Assembly: GCF_036321535.1 (NCBI RefSeq)
Contig: NC_087437.1
Span: 83,640,001-83,704,000 of the forward strand
Reading direction: 5' to 3'
Length of the DNA stretch: 64,000 nucleotides
From: Camelus dromedarius
Lineage: Eukaryota
Positions 13,401 to 26,110 of this stretch are shown here, one piece after another. The position numbers and the translations under genes are program-made. The number at the start of each line of letters is the position of its first letter. Within the stretch, counting starts at the first letter, position 1. The notes under the pieces were generated by a model. It saw nothing but the letters and a program-made list of their open reading frames with translations, was not told the DNA's origin and did not search any database.

Positions 13401-15444
13401 CGCTTTAATATGAAACTATTACATGCTTAAAGGCTATTCTCCCCTCACCACTCTAATGTAACTTCTTTCTTCCTAGCTCTGACATTTATATATGGTGAGC
13501 AGAACTGCGCAGATTCTATTTTGTATTGCCTTTATTTCACATATGTATATTTGCCATGTTTCAATGGTCTTCATAACTAATACTCAAATGAGCACATAAT
13601 ATTCTCTATGTTGATGCTTAGTAATTTGTTAATTCCCTGAAGTCAGACTCTTAGATTCCTATTAGCCTTATTTTATAACAGATGATTATGCAATATTAGA
13701 GTATGTATCTTTTTGCTTCATTTGAATTACTTCTTTGGGAAAAATCCATAAGACAGAATAATTTTTTTTTAAAGAGTAAGTTAAAACTCCCTGATGGCAG
13801 GAAGCATACCTCACATGTCTCTCTAATTTTCTGTAGGCTTTAGCACAATGCTGAAAGTATTTACAGGAATTCATTAAATAAGTAACGATTTAGACTTGAC
13901 TATTCTCTACTGAAAAGTCTGGTCCATGACATAATCACCTATTAATGATGAATGATATCTTTTCATTTAACTCATTAAATGGAAGAGTATGTGCCTACTG
14001 ATGTAATGGTCCATCTGTTAATGAATATGCTGTTTATTTAACTGCTTCCTTGTATCGTGGAAGTGTTTGCTTATCTCTGTTTAGGTTTCGGAGTGGAGGA
14101 AGAGGCAGGTATAGGTGAGTGAGGCAGCACAGGGCTAAGGGACCCAGAACCACACAGCACAACTGCAACACTCACCTTATTCAATATCACTGTTTTAAAA
14201 TGAATTTCTCTTCTCATGACTAGGGGACTATACTTCACATTATTTAGTTAATCCATAAAACAATCTAATACCACATACTACTTACCTAACCTTTGAAGGG
14301 AGAATTTATTTAATCAAATCAAAAAGAAAACATTGCCCTCCCTACAATTATGCCTAATTGTCAACTTGAACACAAGTCAAATTAATGAAATAAATTAGAC
14401 AGTCTTTAAAAAATTTGAAGTGTAATTTTTCATGAGATGCTATAAAATCCTAAGAGCAGAGAACTATCCATAAATCTTGTGACTATTTCATGGCTGTGGG
14501 CAATATCTCTTTGTTCCAAACAATCTGACTCTTCACTGTGCTAAATTGGGAGCATGATTTATTTTTTTGTCAGTCTTTTATTTTCACTAAGTCTTCAGGT
14601 TATTTTTTTTTATTGCTATGATTATTTAACTCTCATAAGAAGGCTGATAATTGGTAAAAAAAAAAGTATGAAGGAATGAAATTCAAAGGAAATTTTAAAA
14701 TTAAAGATGTGTTTAAATATTATAGGGCTAGACACAGGGTAGGAATAATACTGTTTACATAGTTCCCATAGTCTGAGTAGAGTACTTAGCACAAGGTCAC
14801 TATAGTAAGAGTAATAGATCACTGAACCTCAAGGAAAGCCTATTTCAGTGGGTAAATAATTCAGGGGCAGAAATAGATTTCATATCACATGCCAACTACA
14901 ATTCATTGGCAGTGGTTATCAAAATGTGGTCTTGAAAAGAAGGAGTGTTGTGATGATTAGTAACTTCTACTATAACAAGACAAAGAAGCAAAAAAAAAAA
15001 AAAAAAAAAAGCATACATTGCCAACACTGCAAAAATTCAATCTAAAAAAATGCCTGAGGATGTAATTCTGGAACTATGTTGCTGCCATATTTTCCTCATT
15101 TCTTTATTTTGTTGTAGTTACTACTTTCTTTTTTCAATTAATGCTCTCCAAGTGGCTGAGCATTGTGGAAGGATGTTGGGGGGATACGCAGATTATGTGT
15201 TTGCTTCGTATTTCCATGAATACTCATTCTCTCCATCCTTCTGTTTGCTTAGTGGAACATAAAATAACAGGCTGTGCCCTACCACAAGTTCTTTTTAGGA
15301 TTTTAATATACTCCATCTATGCAGTCTGATAAGACCAGAGAAAATCTAGTTGGAGATGTAAAAATGTATCCTCTTTTCTTATAATCATATTCCTGAAACA
15401 GTGCTATACTGGAAAAATCTTGTAATTTTGGATGATTGTATACT

Positions 15445-15660
15445 GTGTAGTGGAAAGAACAAGGGTTTTGCAATTGGTGGACCGCATTCAAATTCCTGAT
15501 CTAGGAATTACTTGCTGTGTACCCTTGGGAAATTTATCCCTTTGGTCTCCATTTCCTTATACGAGGGATGGAGATAATAACAGTGAGGATTAAATGGCAT
15601 GACAGCTAAAAGTGCCTAGTACAGTGAGTGGCACAAAGGAGGCTCCTAACAAAATGCAGG
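15445..15660 (+). mobile_element. MIR SINE (old)
   Basis: gtgtagtggaaagaac...ttcaaattcctg...cttgctgtgtacccttggga...gtgaggattaaatg...aaagtgcctagtacagtg..tggcaca. Confidence 0.8.
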
Positions 15661-18600
15661 AATGGTTACTGTTGATACTATTTATTAGAATTTGTATCAG
15701 TGTTAGTTTTGGTATTATCATTAGTATTATGATATTGTGGCAACAGTTCATATGAACTGAATTTAGATTTTCTAATGGGCAGAAATTTCACACTTCCTGA
15801 TGAGTAACATTCTGTCTTCCACAAAGCTTTGCTTATCACTCAATTACAACACTGGTTTTGGCCAGCCAGTTATTTCTCTGTCATAAAAAACAACATTAAA
15901 AGTGCTAGTTACAAAATTTAAACAGAACAAGTTGTCCATGACTTAGTTTATAGAGATAAACAATTTAGCAAGTGCTGATTATGTACCGCCAAGGCAGCGC
16001 TGAGCAAGAACTTCGAAAAATCAGGAGAAAAATTTATATCAAATTGTTGAAAGTTGGTGCCCTCATAAGACAGCATTATAGGTGCTTTATTAACTGGAGG
16101 GAGGCAGGTAGCATCATTTAGTCTTACGATGTTTACCCACAGTTCTCTAAAGAGGAGGTTCTTAATTACGACACTGGTTTGAGCCTTTCCCTTCTTCATG
16201 ATTCACATATTACAGGAATCCAGTACTAAGGAAGTGGTGGCTCCAGTTCCTAGAGCTCAAATATTAAAAGATCCCTAACTGTGGTCCAGTAGGTAGCGAG
16301 AATATTCCTATGTGCCTTGGCCTGGGCAGAATATGATTTCTGGGGCAGGTGACGATCATGGACTGGTCCATCTGGTCAGTTGCTGCTCATCTCTGAATGC
16401 TACCTTTTAGCTGATATTGTCAAGGAGCCTATAATCTGTAAAATTCTTATCAGTGATGAGCTGCGGATCTGAAACAGGAACTGGAGGAAAGAGCTATTTC
16501 CCTAGTACCTGGTAGCAGTCTCCAGAACCGCACTGGCCAGCTGACTTCAACTAGTGTACTCAGTAGGCAGCAGCATATGGAGGAACCAGGGGTTGGGGCT
16601 GAACAGGCTGGAGGGAGAATGTGTAGGACAATGTGGGTGGGTGGGGACGGTGGGGCTGGGTGAAGGAACATCCCTCCAGTCATCAACCCACTTTGTGCTA
16701 TTAAACTCCTGGGCCCCAGATGTAACTCTGGCCTCCACGGCAATATCCTTGACTTGCGGCTGACAGTAACTCTTAAGATTGATCCTGAGGGTCAGGGGAG
16801 AGGCAGCAAGAGGTGTTTCAAAGAGCACGGCCAGGCACTGCTCCTGACGCCATTCCCCACGTGGCCTTGGTCTCGAGCTGGGCTTTTCCCCAAGGGCTGT
16901 GCGTCATTTTGACAGCTACAGATACTTCTTTGAAGGGAGGTTATAAGGCCTCATTGTACTGTGAATGAAAGTGAAGGTAGTTTGAAATTCATTCACGAAA
17001 AGATGACTGTCTATATGACTAAGGTAATTTCACAAACTACTTTTTACAATCAATTGGATTTACGGTTGTGCTTATTAATATCACTACATTCACGTATACA
17101 TTCAAACACTTTCTTGAGTGGGAGAGAAAGCTAGAAGGCTGGGAACTTCACAGAGCTCTGAACACTCCCATGGGAGTGCGTCAGGCACAAGACCGTCGGC
17201 ATTGTTTGAAGTGGTTACTCCAAATAATAAAACTCTTCTCTGACCGACAATTTTTTTCTATTAGGTGTTCTGTCTTTTGAAAGAAAAATTACAGATGTAA
17301 GGTTTATGAAATTTCCAATATGCTAGTATAAATCTAGTAAGCTGTGGGTTTCTCAGCCTTCCTCCTCCCTGAGTCATCTTAATTTCCTCCCCTCTTCCTA
17401 CTTTGTCAAGAGAACAGATAAAAGCTTATCAGGTGCATTCCTGAGAAAAAGCAATTAGAGTGGAATAAAAGCCATGGGGACCTAGTGAGTGAGAGTTATG
17501 TCAGTAGAGAAGCATGAGAGAACCCTGGGAGTCTGGGGATAGTAGAGAAAAGGCGGGTATAGAAGAAGTTAATAAGAGTTGCTGTGGATTATACACGCTT
17601 AGACTCCTTTACCTGCTTGAGAGACACCTGAGAGGAAGCACCGCAGCCCTACACGCTGTCATGTTTCCTCAGCCCAGCATCGCTCTGGGGCAGACCACTG
17701 GGCTTTGGGATTTGGGGGATGGAGAGGCAACATCACGGTTTTGTAAGCATAAAACAAACCAGGCATTCTGTCGCCAACATTGCCATCCTTCAGTCCTCCA
17801 CCTCTCTTCTGCCTAAACAGTCTCAGTTCTCTGGGGTCAGGGTGGGTGGGTGGCACTGGGGAGAGGGGGTAGACAAGGAGGGTACATAAGGGGAACCCAA
17901 ACAAGAATGCTGACAGAGGTTCAGGGATGATACCCTTAGAACTCTTGCTCCTTTTGCTTCTCAAACAAAAGTATATTAAGGGCAAAGGCGGTGGCACATA
18001 TGTCTCTGCCAGAAACAAGGACAGCACATCAGTCCTCAAAACTTCCATTTGGTCTCCCTGAGATTAAACTTCAGAATTGAATCAAACTGCCAGCTTTATA
18101 TAAATCACCCAACCACTGGCCCATGTGTGGCAGTGCCAGCCCGGAGCCTGACTTTCTCTGGCCTGTTCCCATTAAACCAAAACTTCTGGCCCTCAGACCC
18201 ACACCCTCATATTGACTTTACCTCTGGATCATTTTGACTTTTTGGCATGTCCTCATTTTAGATTCTTCATCATTATTTTCCAAATACGATGAATATTCAT
18301 TATCTTGAAAAAGCAGGGAAGAAATGGTTTTATCTGTTTTTCTTTGAAAAGAAGGCTCTTACCTGCCTGCTTCTACAGCCATGGAACAGTCAGAGAGCTC
18401 CGTGGACGGGCACTGGCTGTGGAGTCCGTTAACCCTATACCATGAGAGGCCCAGATTAAATGATTTCACACTCGCTCCGGAATTCCTGTCTACTAGCTCT
18501 TTCTCCCCAACATTAGAGCATGCATGTCTCCAATAAAACCTATGAAAACAAAACCCCCAAAATATTTTCTCTAATTCCTTCTCTTTCTCTTCAGAGACAG

Positions 18601-18679
18601 GTTTCTTGAGAAAACAATATGGAGCTTGGCACTTCGTACTGCTCCTCTCTCTGCCCTCAGATTCAGTCCCTCTCCCACC

Positions 18680-19600
18680 CCTGCACTGAGCTGTCTCACA
18701 CAGCTTTATTGGAAATGCCCTTGCAAAGGCTGCTTGTGAACACCTAAACACACAATTGCTAAATCCAGTGGACACACTTCGTTTTTATCTTACTGGAGCT
18801 TTGTGGCACCTTGGACATTACACTCCTTAAAACTGCCTCCTTTTCTGGCTTCTAGAATACCTCTCCTTTTCTGCTTTCCTCACTCCCCGTCTGCCTCTTC
18901 TTTCTCAGTCTCCTTTGGGGACACCTCTTCATTTCTTAAATCCTGATGTTCCAGAGGGTTGAATTCTTTTCCTGTGTCTCTGCATTCTGTATATTCTCTC
19001 TGGGTTTTCTTAACCATGCTTAAAGCTTCAGGTACAATCAATACGCTGATGTTGGTCAAATCTACATCTCTAGCCCAGATCTTTTTACCCGAGTTAAACC
19101 AATGTAAATATAAGGGCCTCTTGGATAACTTCTCTTAGATGCCCTTCAGGAATCTTCAACTCAGCAGGCTTGAAATGGTCTCGTTTCTATTGCAAAAACT
19201 TGTCCTTCTCCCTCTCTGACTTAGTGGTAATACCATCAACCTGCTTGTCGAAGAAAAGAACCTGACAAATGTCTTATTCTTTTCTCTCTTTCTCCCTCCA
19301 AGTTCAATCAGTGACCAAGACACATTCGTTTTTCCTTGCCTAACAATAAGTCCATTCTCTTATCTCCTGACTCCAAACTTACTCTCATTTCGTACGTCAG
19401 GCCCTGGCCTTCCCAAGCTTGGATTGTGGAGACATATAACTGTCTCTGTGTCCAGTCTTGTTCCTTGTTTTGCACTTGGACTTTAAATCAGCCCTGGAGT
19501 GATCCTTCAGAAATGCAAACGTGATCATGACATTCTCTTGCTTAAAATGCTCCCATGGCTGCCCATTGCTTTTATGATAAAATCCAAAGTGCTTCCCCTC
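18680..19600 (+). mobile_element. LINE-2 fragment
   Basis: Pyrimidine-rich L2 hallmarks: ttgctaaatccagtggacac, caaatctacatctctagcccagatct, gatcatgacattctcttgcttaaaa...ccatggctgcccattgc...gataaaatccaaa. Confidence 0.8.
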
Positions 19601-20642
19601 TCCCCCCACTGCCTCCCACCGTCACAGCTTCCCGTGGTGGACTGCTTCAGGGAAGACGGACCGGAGTAATAGTTTAATCTCTAGCTATTTCATGCTTGGC
19701 TTCACTTTACTGAGGCTGCCAATTAGTGATTTAGAGGTGAACTCTCATGTGCTCCGCTGTGAACTGAGGCCAGCTTCAAGTAGTCCTTGAAGAGCCTTTG
19801 GCCTTTTTATCACTAAAAACCTGCACTGGACTGAACTTGTGACCTAAAGTTGAACATCTGTATCTCCTATTGGCCATCCCCTGAGTCGGGAAAGTGAGCT
19901 TTGAAAAATGCTTTGGTTATTTTAAGTCCAATTTGGCCTAAATTAAGAAATATATTTTCGACTTAATAATATTTTAAATGTAATACGTTCAGACATAGAT
20001 GGTAGTGTTTTTTTCTTCTACTCTCCCTCCTCTTATAATTGCTTTTCAGAGAGAGGTGAGTAGATCTTCTCAACTCTACTGACTTTTATAAAATGGTGGG
20101 TGAGTGCCTTCATTTTCTTGTCTTGTCATCTGTCTTTTTCTGGTTTTAGCAATGGAAAGTAACAACAGCTGAGTGTGATCAGATCAGCAGGAAACATCCT
20201 TGCTCCCGGCTGATTCACAAATTGCCCCTGTCTTGCTTGCCATTTCAAATAGAGGGATGGAATATGGAATGGACAAGAAAATTAAAGGGGCTGCAGGCAT
20301 ACAAATTCTACTTATAAAGGTAAGGGAGGATCAGTAAATAAAGAAAAGAATTATAAACACCATAGACTCACATAGGAAAAAATATTTAAAAAGTGATTCA
20401 GAAAGATTAGATATGGAGAAGAGAAAAGGGGAACCTGTTTTCTTATGAAAAAAATCATTTAAAAATGTTAATAAATTGCTTTTCAGTTGATAAATAAATA
20501 TGGTTTATACACACTATTCTAAAAGGTCAACCACTAGACGGTTATCAAAGCAGACTTTGTCCTCTTTACCTGTTAGTCTTGTCTGCAGCCTGAAAGAAAT
20601 TATGATTGTCAAGGGGAAAAAAATCAACATTATGCATCTTAC

Positions 20643-20836
20643 ACAAGGATGTCCTCTACCAAGGTGTGAAGGGCACTGGGATTGCGGATCAGTTTGTCAA
20701 GGAAGCTGACAATGTCAGTAAATTTTGGTCTGTGGTTTCTCTCCTTCTGCCAGCAATGGAGCATCAGCTGGTGTAGAGATGCCGGGCAGCCCATGGGAGC
20801 TGGAAGTCTGTAACCTTCTTCAATGGACAGAATGAC
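20643..20836 (-). CDS. EPHA6: EPH receptor A6, internal 194-nt exon (end of kinase domain)
   Basis: catttag|GTC...CTT GT|gtaag; translates to [64 protein letters not shown](V). Phase 0/2, in frame with both neighbouring exons. Confidence 0.98.
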
Positions 20837-21484
20837 CTAAATGCAAACATACACAGGTTATTCTCTTACCTTGGGGGAAAAATAACACATAGGCTAAGTT
20901 TTAATTCCTTTTATACAGGAAGTGGAAGCCAAAACATTGGTAAACATGAAAACTACTTGCGAGTACACGTGGTCCAGACAAGGATAAATACAAAAGTTGT
21001 GAACAAGAATTGCAAATATGTTCGTACCATCTGATCACCCAGGTTTTTTAACCTTGTGATATACGGATGGGAGGTTAAGTTTCATCACAATGTCCCAAAA
21101 TAGTTTTTGTGGGATTTACCTGGAATCTCTCAAAACCCAATTAGGACATCAGAAAGCCAGACTAAGATCGATGCATTTAGTGAAAACCACGTGTGACAAA
21201 TGTTTTAAGCAAAATTGTACTTCTGCTGAAGCACTGAATTCCTGAATCATTTTTCATCCTTTTATAACAATGTCAGGGTGTATTCTTTTGCAGCCATCAT
21301 TTCTTCTTTCTTCTTTATTGCCTATTTAACTCCTCTTCACTTACTTCTGGCTTTCCCTTAGTCTGACACTGATATGATTACGAAGTCCTTTTATAACTTC
21401 TAAGGTCACTTATCTTTGAAATGCTATCAGTGCCTAGCTTAAGGCCACAGAGCAACAGGACATTTGGCCTGAGTATCCTCTGGG

Positions 21485-21686
21485 CCAGCACTCTCCAGTG
21501 GAACTTTCTGTGAGGACAGAAATGTTCTCTCTGTCCAACATGATGGTAAGTTTGCACTTGTGGCAACTGAGCACTTGAAATGTGGCTAGTAAGACTGAGG
21601 AACTGAATTTTTAGTTTTAGTCAATTTTAATTAATTCACATTAACTTTTAAATAGCCACATGCAGCTACTCTATGGGACAGTGCAG
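21485..21686. mobile_element. MER3 hAT-Charlie MITE
   Basis: gaactttctgtga...gaaatgttct...tgagcacttgaaatgtggctagt..gactgaggaactgaattttt...aaatagccacatg...ggacagtgcag matches the MER3 consensus. Confidence 0.85.
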
Positions 21687-21732
21687 CTCTAGGGAAAGGA
21701 ATTTCTATAAGTTAAGAGTAACAACAAGATGA

Positions 21733-21753
21733 TATTATTATTATTATTATTAT

Positions 21754-21785
<32 letters not shown>
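21733..21785. repeat. Compound (TAT)n(TAG)n microsatellite
   Basis: Directly visible. Confidence 0.95.
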
Positions 21786-22702
21786 CTTAGGAAATCACAT
21801 ACAAAATAAGGCAAGATATTTATCTATTTATCTGTTTACTATATGACCCACCGGGAGTTTCCTAACAATGCAATAAAATCGGTTTGGAATTTATGTAGCT
21901 TATTTATAAATAAAGTGTTCAAAGGTGTTCATGTGACTCTTTATTTTTATATCACCTCTGGAAAAAAGACAAAGGAAAGGGTTTATTTCCCCCATTTTTG
22001 ATGTGGGAATATTGAGGGACATACTAACATTTAAAGAGAGGCACAATTCAACCTCCCCTCTTCCCTGTGTCAACAACAGAAATACAAAAGTGCAAGTGTA
22101 AATATTGTTAGCAGCACTCTCTTTTTTGTAAAACCATCTATATACACTTCCTATAATTTTTAAAAAACATACCTCATTTTAATTTCTCTTTTAATGCACA
22201 CTATTTGACATGACTCAAAAATATCCATAATTAATGCTAGAGGCAATTTGTTAAAAGGAGCAATAAAACACCTTCAGGAACTTAACTGCTAAGCTTTCAT
22301 TTTTTCAGTAACCAGGAATTTCTCATAATCCCATCAGTGTCTTTGTGACCAGAACACTTTCCCCTGTCAGGATACTAGCTTTTTTCTGTTCACTTTATTT
22401 CCCATTATTGGATAGGATTTTTTCTTACCTGTTTTCTGAGTACTTTTGCTACCAACTAGGCTTAGATTTTAAGACATTTTACAATACATTTTAGTAAAAC
22501 AGGATGTGTGTAAAAATGCTTGTAATGTATCAAAACTACTATGGATAGTGAGAAAAATAGAATAGAACTCCATTAGAGAAAGACTTTAAAATCCCACCCC
22601 AGGAGAGCTCTCTAGTCAATTCACCAGAGTTACCTAATTATAAGTGCACAGAATAAGACAGATGACAAGTGAAGCTGCAGTCTGAGAAAAAAAATTAGCT
22701 GC

Positions 22703-22900
22703 CTTTATTGAGTGTCATGTGCTAAGTGCTTTGCATATTCTTCTTAATTTACTGCTTAAAATAACTCAATATGGTGGTTATTATTACCCCTACTCTTAAA
22801 TGAGAAAATTTAGACTCAGAGAGGTTAGGAAACTTGCCTAAATTCACACAGCATAGGTGGCAGAGCTGAAGTTTGAACTTAGTTTCTTTTAGCTTCCAAA
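22703..22900 (-). mobile_element. MIR SINE
   Basis: tttattgagtg..tgtgctaagtgctttgcat...atgagaaaa..gactcagagaggttagg.aacttgcctaa..tcacacagc...ggcagagctg. Confidence 0.8.
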
Positions 22901-24059
22901 CTTTCCCTCTGGCCATTCCCCAGAAATGCTTTTCAGTTCTCATGATAACATCTTCCTCTCCAATCTCATATCAACTGACCTGATTTTAGGACTGATGATT
23001 ACCATTTTATGTTTCTTATACATCTGCTAACTGGACTTCAGTGTTTTTATTTGGATCCTAAATTTTGTATTCTGGGTAAATCAAAAACATATTTACTTCA
23101 TAGTTTGTAAAATGTAATCTCTGGCTGAACAGGGTCATTTCTGAATGCTTCTGAGTCTTGTACACATTTCTATTATGGAATCTATTACTGTATTGTAATT
23201 TTCACCTGCTTCCCTCTAAGGCTAAACATACTTGAAAGCAGGAATTACGTCTCTATATTTTGCATTCTCATCCTTTATGTGTGGTTCCTGACACATTAAT
23301 AAATGTTATTGACCAAAACTAAAGCTGTTAGAAGAAATTTTGGGATTTGTCTTGATAGAGGAGTGGATTCTTAGAAAATCTAGAGTCTCAAGCTACCCAG
23401 AATGGATTGAAAGCACAAGCATGTCAGCATTTGGGGTACCTCTGAAGGAAACACTAACAAAAAAATTGGTGCATCAAGCAGCATTGTCCAAAATGATCTC
23501 ATGACTTCTCTCTGGTTTGCTTGGACAATGAACCAGGTGAGACTGGGCCTTGCTCTTCCTTAAGAGAGAGGCACTTGACCCAAACTCCGCTTCCTGTAAG
23601 ACTGGTGGCTTCTTCCTCCTGTCCAAAGGGTTTACTGTTTCCCATTGGCCCCAAGGTCCTTAGCTGCTGGGGAGCTGACTTTCCTAGACAACTCCTGTAA
23701 ACAGTTGACACCCAAATCCAGACTGCTTGGTGCCAAGCAGGCTGTTTATTCTTTTTTGGCAAAAAAGGTTGCTCTCATGATTGCCCTGTAAGAAGAGAGA
23801 GTGACAAGGAAGTGTGGTCCTTCGCCTGGAACCTTTATCCATAATGTGTTCAGCATGTCTGGTCCCAGCATGCTTTTCTGTGGGGACAGTGAGAGGCTCA
23901 GGGACTCCTGACATTTCTTCTTGCTGACCTCTGGTTTTGCGAGTTCTTTATCTCGCAACTTTGTGAAATTTGTCCCGAGCCCTGGTACATGACAGAGGTC
24001 AAACATGAAGGTCCCACCTTATAGGACAAAAGTAATAACAACAATAATAGCAGTGGCAA

Positions 24060-24230
24060 TAATAATACTGGGAGCTCTTGGATACTTCTAGGTGCCATTT
24101 CTAAATGATTCACATGTGTCAACTCTGCTAATCCCCAGAATAATACTATGAGGTGGGTACTGTTGTTACCTCCACTTTACAGACAAGGTTTACATAGAGA
24201 GGTTTAACTTGCTGAATGTTACACACCTAA
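24060..24230 (-). mobile_element. MIR SINE fragment
   Basis: ctatgaggtgggtactgttgttacctccactttacagacaagg...agagaggtttaacttgc. Confidence 0.7.
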
Positions 24231-24339
24231 AATTTCTGGCTTCAGAGAAGAGATTTAAGCAATATGATTCACAAAAATGGTTAAAAGACACAACATCTTT
24301 CTAATGGGTTTTTAATTTATTCATCCAAATACAAAAATA

Positions 24340-25060
24340 TTAATCACTTAAAGTGTACTATTGAGCATCCTATGTATAAGCGATAACATAATGGGTAGGA
24401 AATACCTCTGTCTTTAGGAAACAGATAATCTGGTGAAGGTGACCAAGGAGTCTGAATATGGTTAAGTGCCATCTAGCACAGGGAGTCATGGGAGCATGTC
24501 GGAGGAGTACCTAACCCAGCCTTGGGAAGGCTTCTCAGAGGAGATGAACTGAATGTGTAAGGTAACAGGGTCAACTAGACAGGTCCAAGAGAGGAGATGT
24601 GACCTGATCAGGGGATGAGAGTAGATTCATGCGACTAGAATAGAGTCTTCAAACAGAGAAATGGTGAGATTTGAGACTAGAACGTTAAGTAAGCACTGTA
24701 TTTCTTGAGATCATGAATGATTTTGCATGCTATAAACAGACTTTATGCAAAAGGGACAAGGGTTTTAGCAAGTAAAGACAGTAGGTTTGCCTTTTGGAAG
24801 CTCACTCTGGAGCCCTGCAACATGAAGAGTGCACTGGAGGGCGTGGGAGGCCAGGAAGAAGGCCGACAGTGATCCAGGCCAGAGGTGAGGAGGGCCTGGT
24901 GGAAGCAGTGCTATGGGGTACCAGTAGACTGATCTGACAGGGATGCGGGCTTGGGTGACATTATATGGAAGTAGAGGGAGAAGAATGACTTCTAGATTTT
25001 TGGGTCAGTCAACTCGTAAAAATAGAAGACAAAGGAGGAAAAGCAATTTAGGGGCTGGAG
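24340..25060 (-). mobile_element. LINE-2 fragment
   Basis: Purine-rich antisense L2: tattgagcatcctatgt...ggaaggcttctcagaggag...ctcactctgg...tccaggccagaggtgaggagggcctgg...gaatgacttctagattttt. Confidence 0.7.
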
Positions 25061-25559
25061 TGACCATGAATAAAGCTTTCTATGAGCTTTCTGGTTTCAG
25101 ATTCAAGGAACATTATATAACTTCGAGAGCTTATTATACACCAATTTCCAGGCTAGGTGTTTTAACACAGCTCACCTCATTTAGGTCTCAAATGCCTAAG
25201 TGAGTGTGGTTTTACATAGTCTGTAGGTAAGAAAACTGAAGCTGAAACTGATGAGATTAACTCAATATCACAGCTTACAATTCCACAAAGGACAGACTAA
25301 TATTATCACCTTGGTAGCCCCTCAGTCATGACGGTGGTAGAGAACAGTCTGTCCAGAGTCTTGAGTCATCCCTCCAGAATCAGACCTTGAGCCTCTTTAT
25401 ACACATACACACTGCGGGCTTTCACTCTCACCTGCCAGCTGGTGACTTTCATACATGCAACCCTCGCTCAGCTTTCTTTCCAGATCTCTATGTCTATCAC
25501 CCTTAGGACATACCAACTTCATAAAGTTGCAAGTGCAAAGTCATACATGTGCCGTGATT

Positions 25560-26110
25560 CATTTTGTTCAGAACTAACCCTGTTCCTCCTGTGCCATGTG
25601 TCTTTTGAAGAGGGTACCACTCTTCAAGTCGTAGGTTAGGGAGTTGCTTGCCCTCTGCCTTCCGTGATGGTCAAAATTAACTGAAGACACGTTGATTCCA
25701 CCACCTTTACATATTTTAAATCTGCCCCACTTTTAATCCTCTCTCCAAAGAATTTATGTTTCATTCTGATCACTGCAACAGCCCCCTAACTAGTCCCTTT
25801 GTCTCCCCCTTTCCACCCTCAGTCGTCTCCCACAGTGCAGCCAAAGCAATCCTGTGGAAGTGGAGCTGTGCTCGTGTTCCTCCCACGTCTGAAATTCAGC
25901 AGTGGCTCACCATGCCCCTGGCTCTCAGCCCTCGCCTCTGGCCGTGTCCGCTTCCCCTCTGCTTTGGCTGCTACAAAACACTTGCAGTCTCTCAGCTGGG
26001 CCAGCCAAGCTCCTCCAGAGCAGGGACTGTTTCTTTTTTGCATACGTTCCCAGCATCTAAAACAATGCCTTGTCAAGTTCAAAGAGTAAGCTCCCATTGT
26101 CAAATATGTG
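25560..26110 (+). mobile_element. LINE-2 fragment including 3' end
   Basis: cactgcaacagccccctaactagtc...cacagtgcagccaaagcaatc...aagctcctccagagcagggactgt...cccagcatctaaaacaatgcct. Confidence 0.7.

Noticed and set aside
14990..15010. A21 run as a retrocopy tail
   Set aside because: No upstream SINE or pseudogene body and no TSD recognisable
16350..18240. GC-richer blocks with several short ORFs
   Set aside because: Look like decayed LTR or other old repeat sequence; I cannot assign a family or find coding signal
20638..20642. Immediate stop on intron retention giving a SAM-less kinase (...EDILV*)
   Set aside because: Any phase-2 gtaa donor produces an in-frame TAA; not informative without transcript evidence
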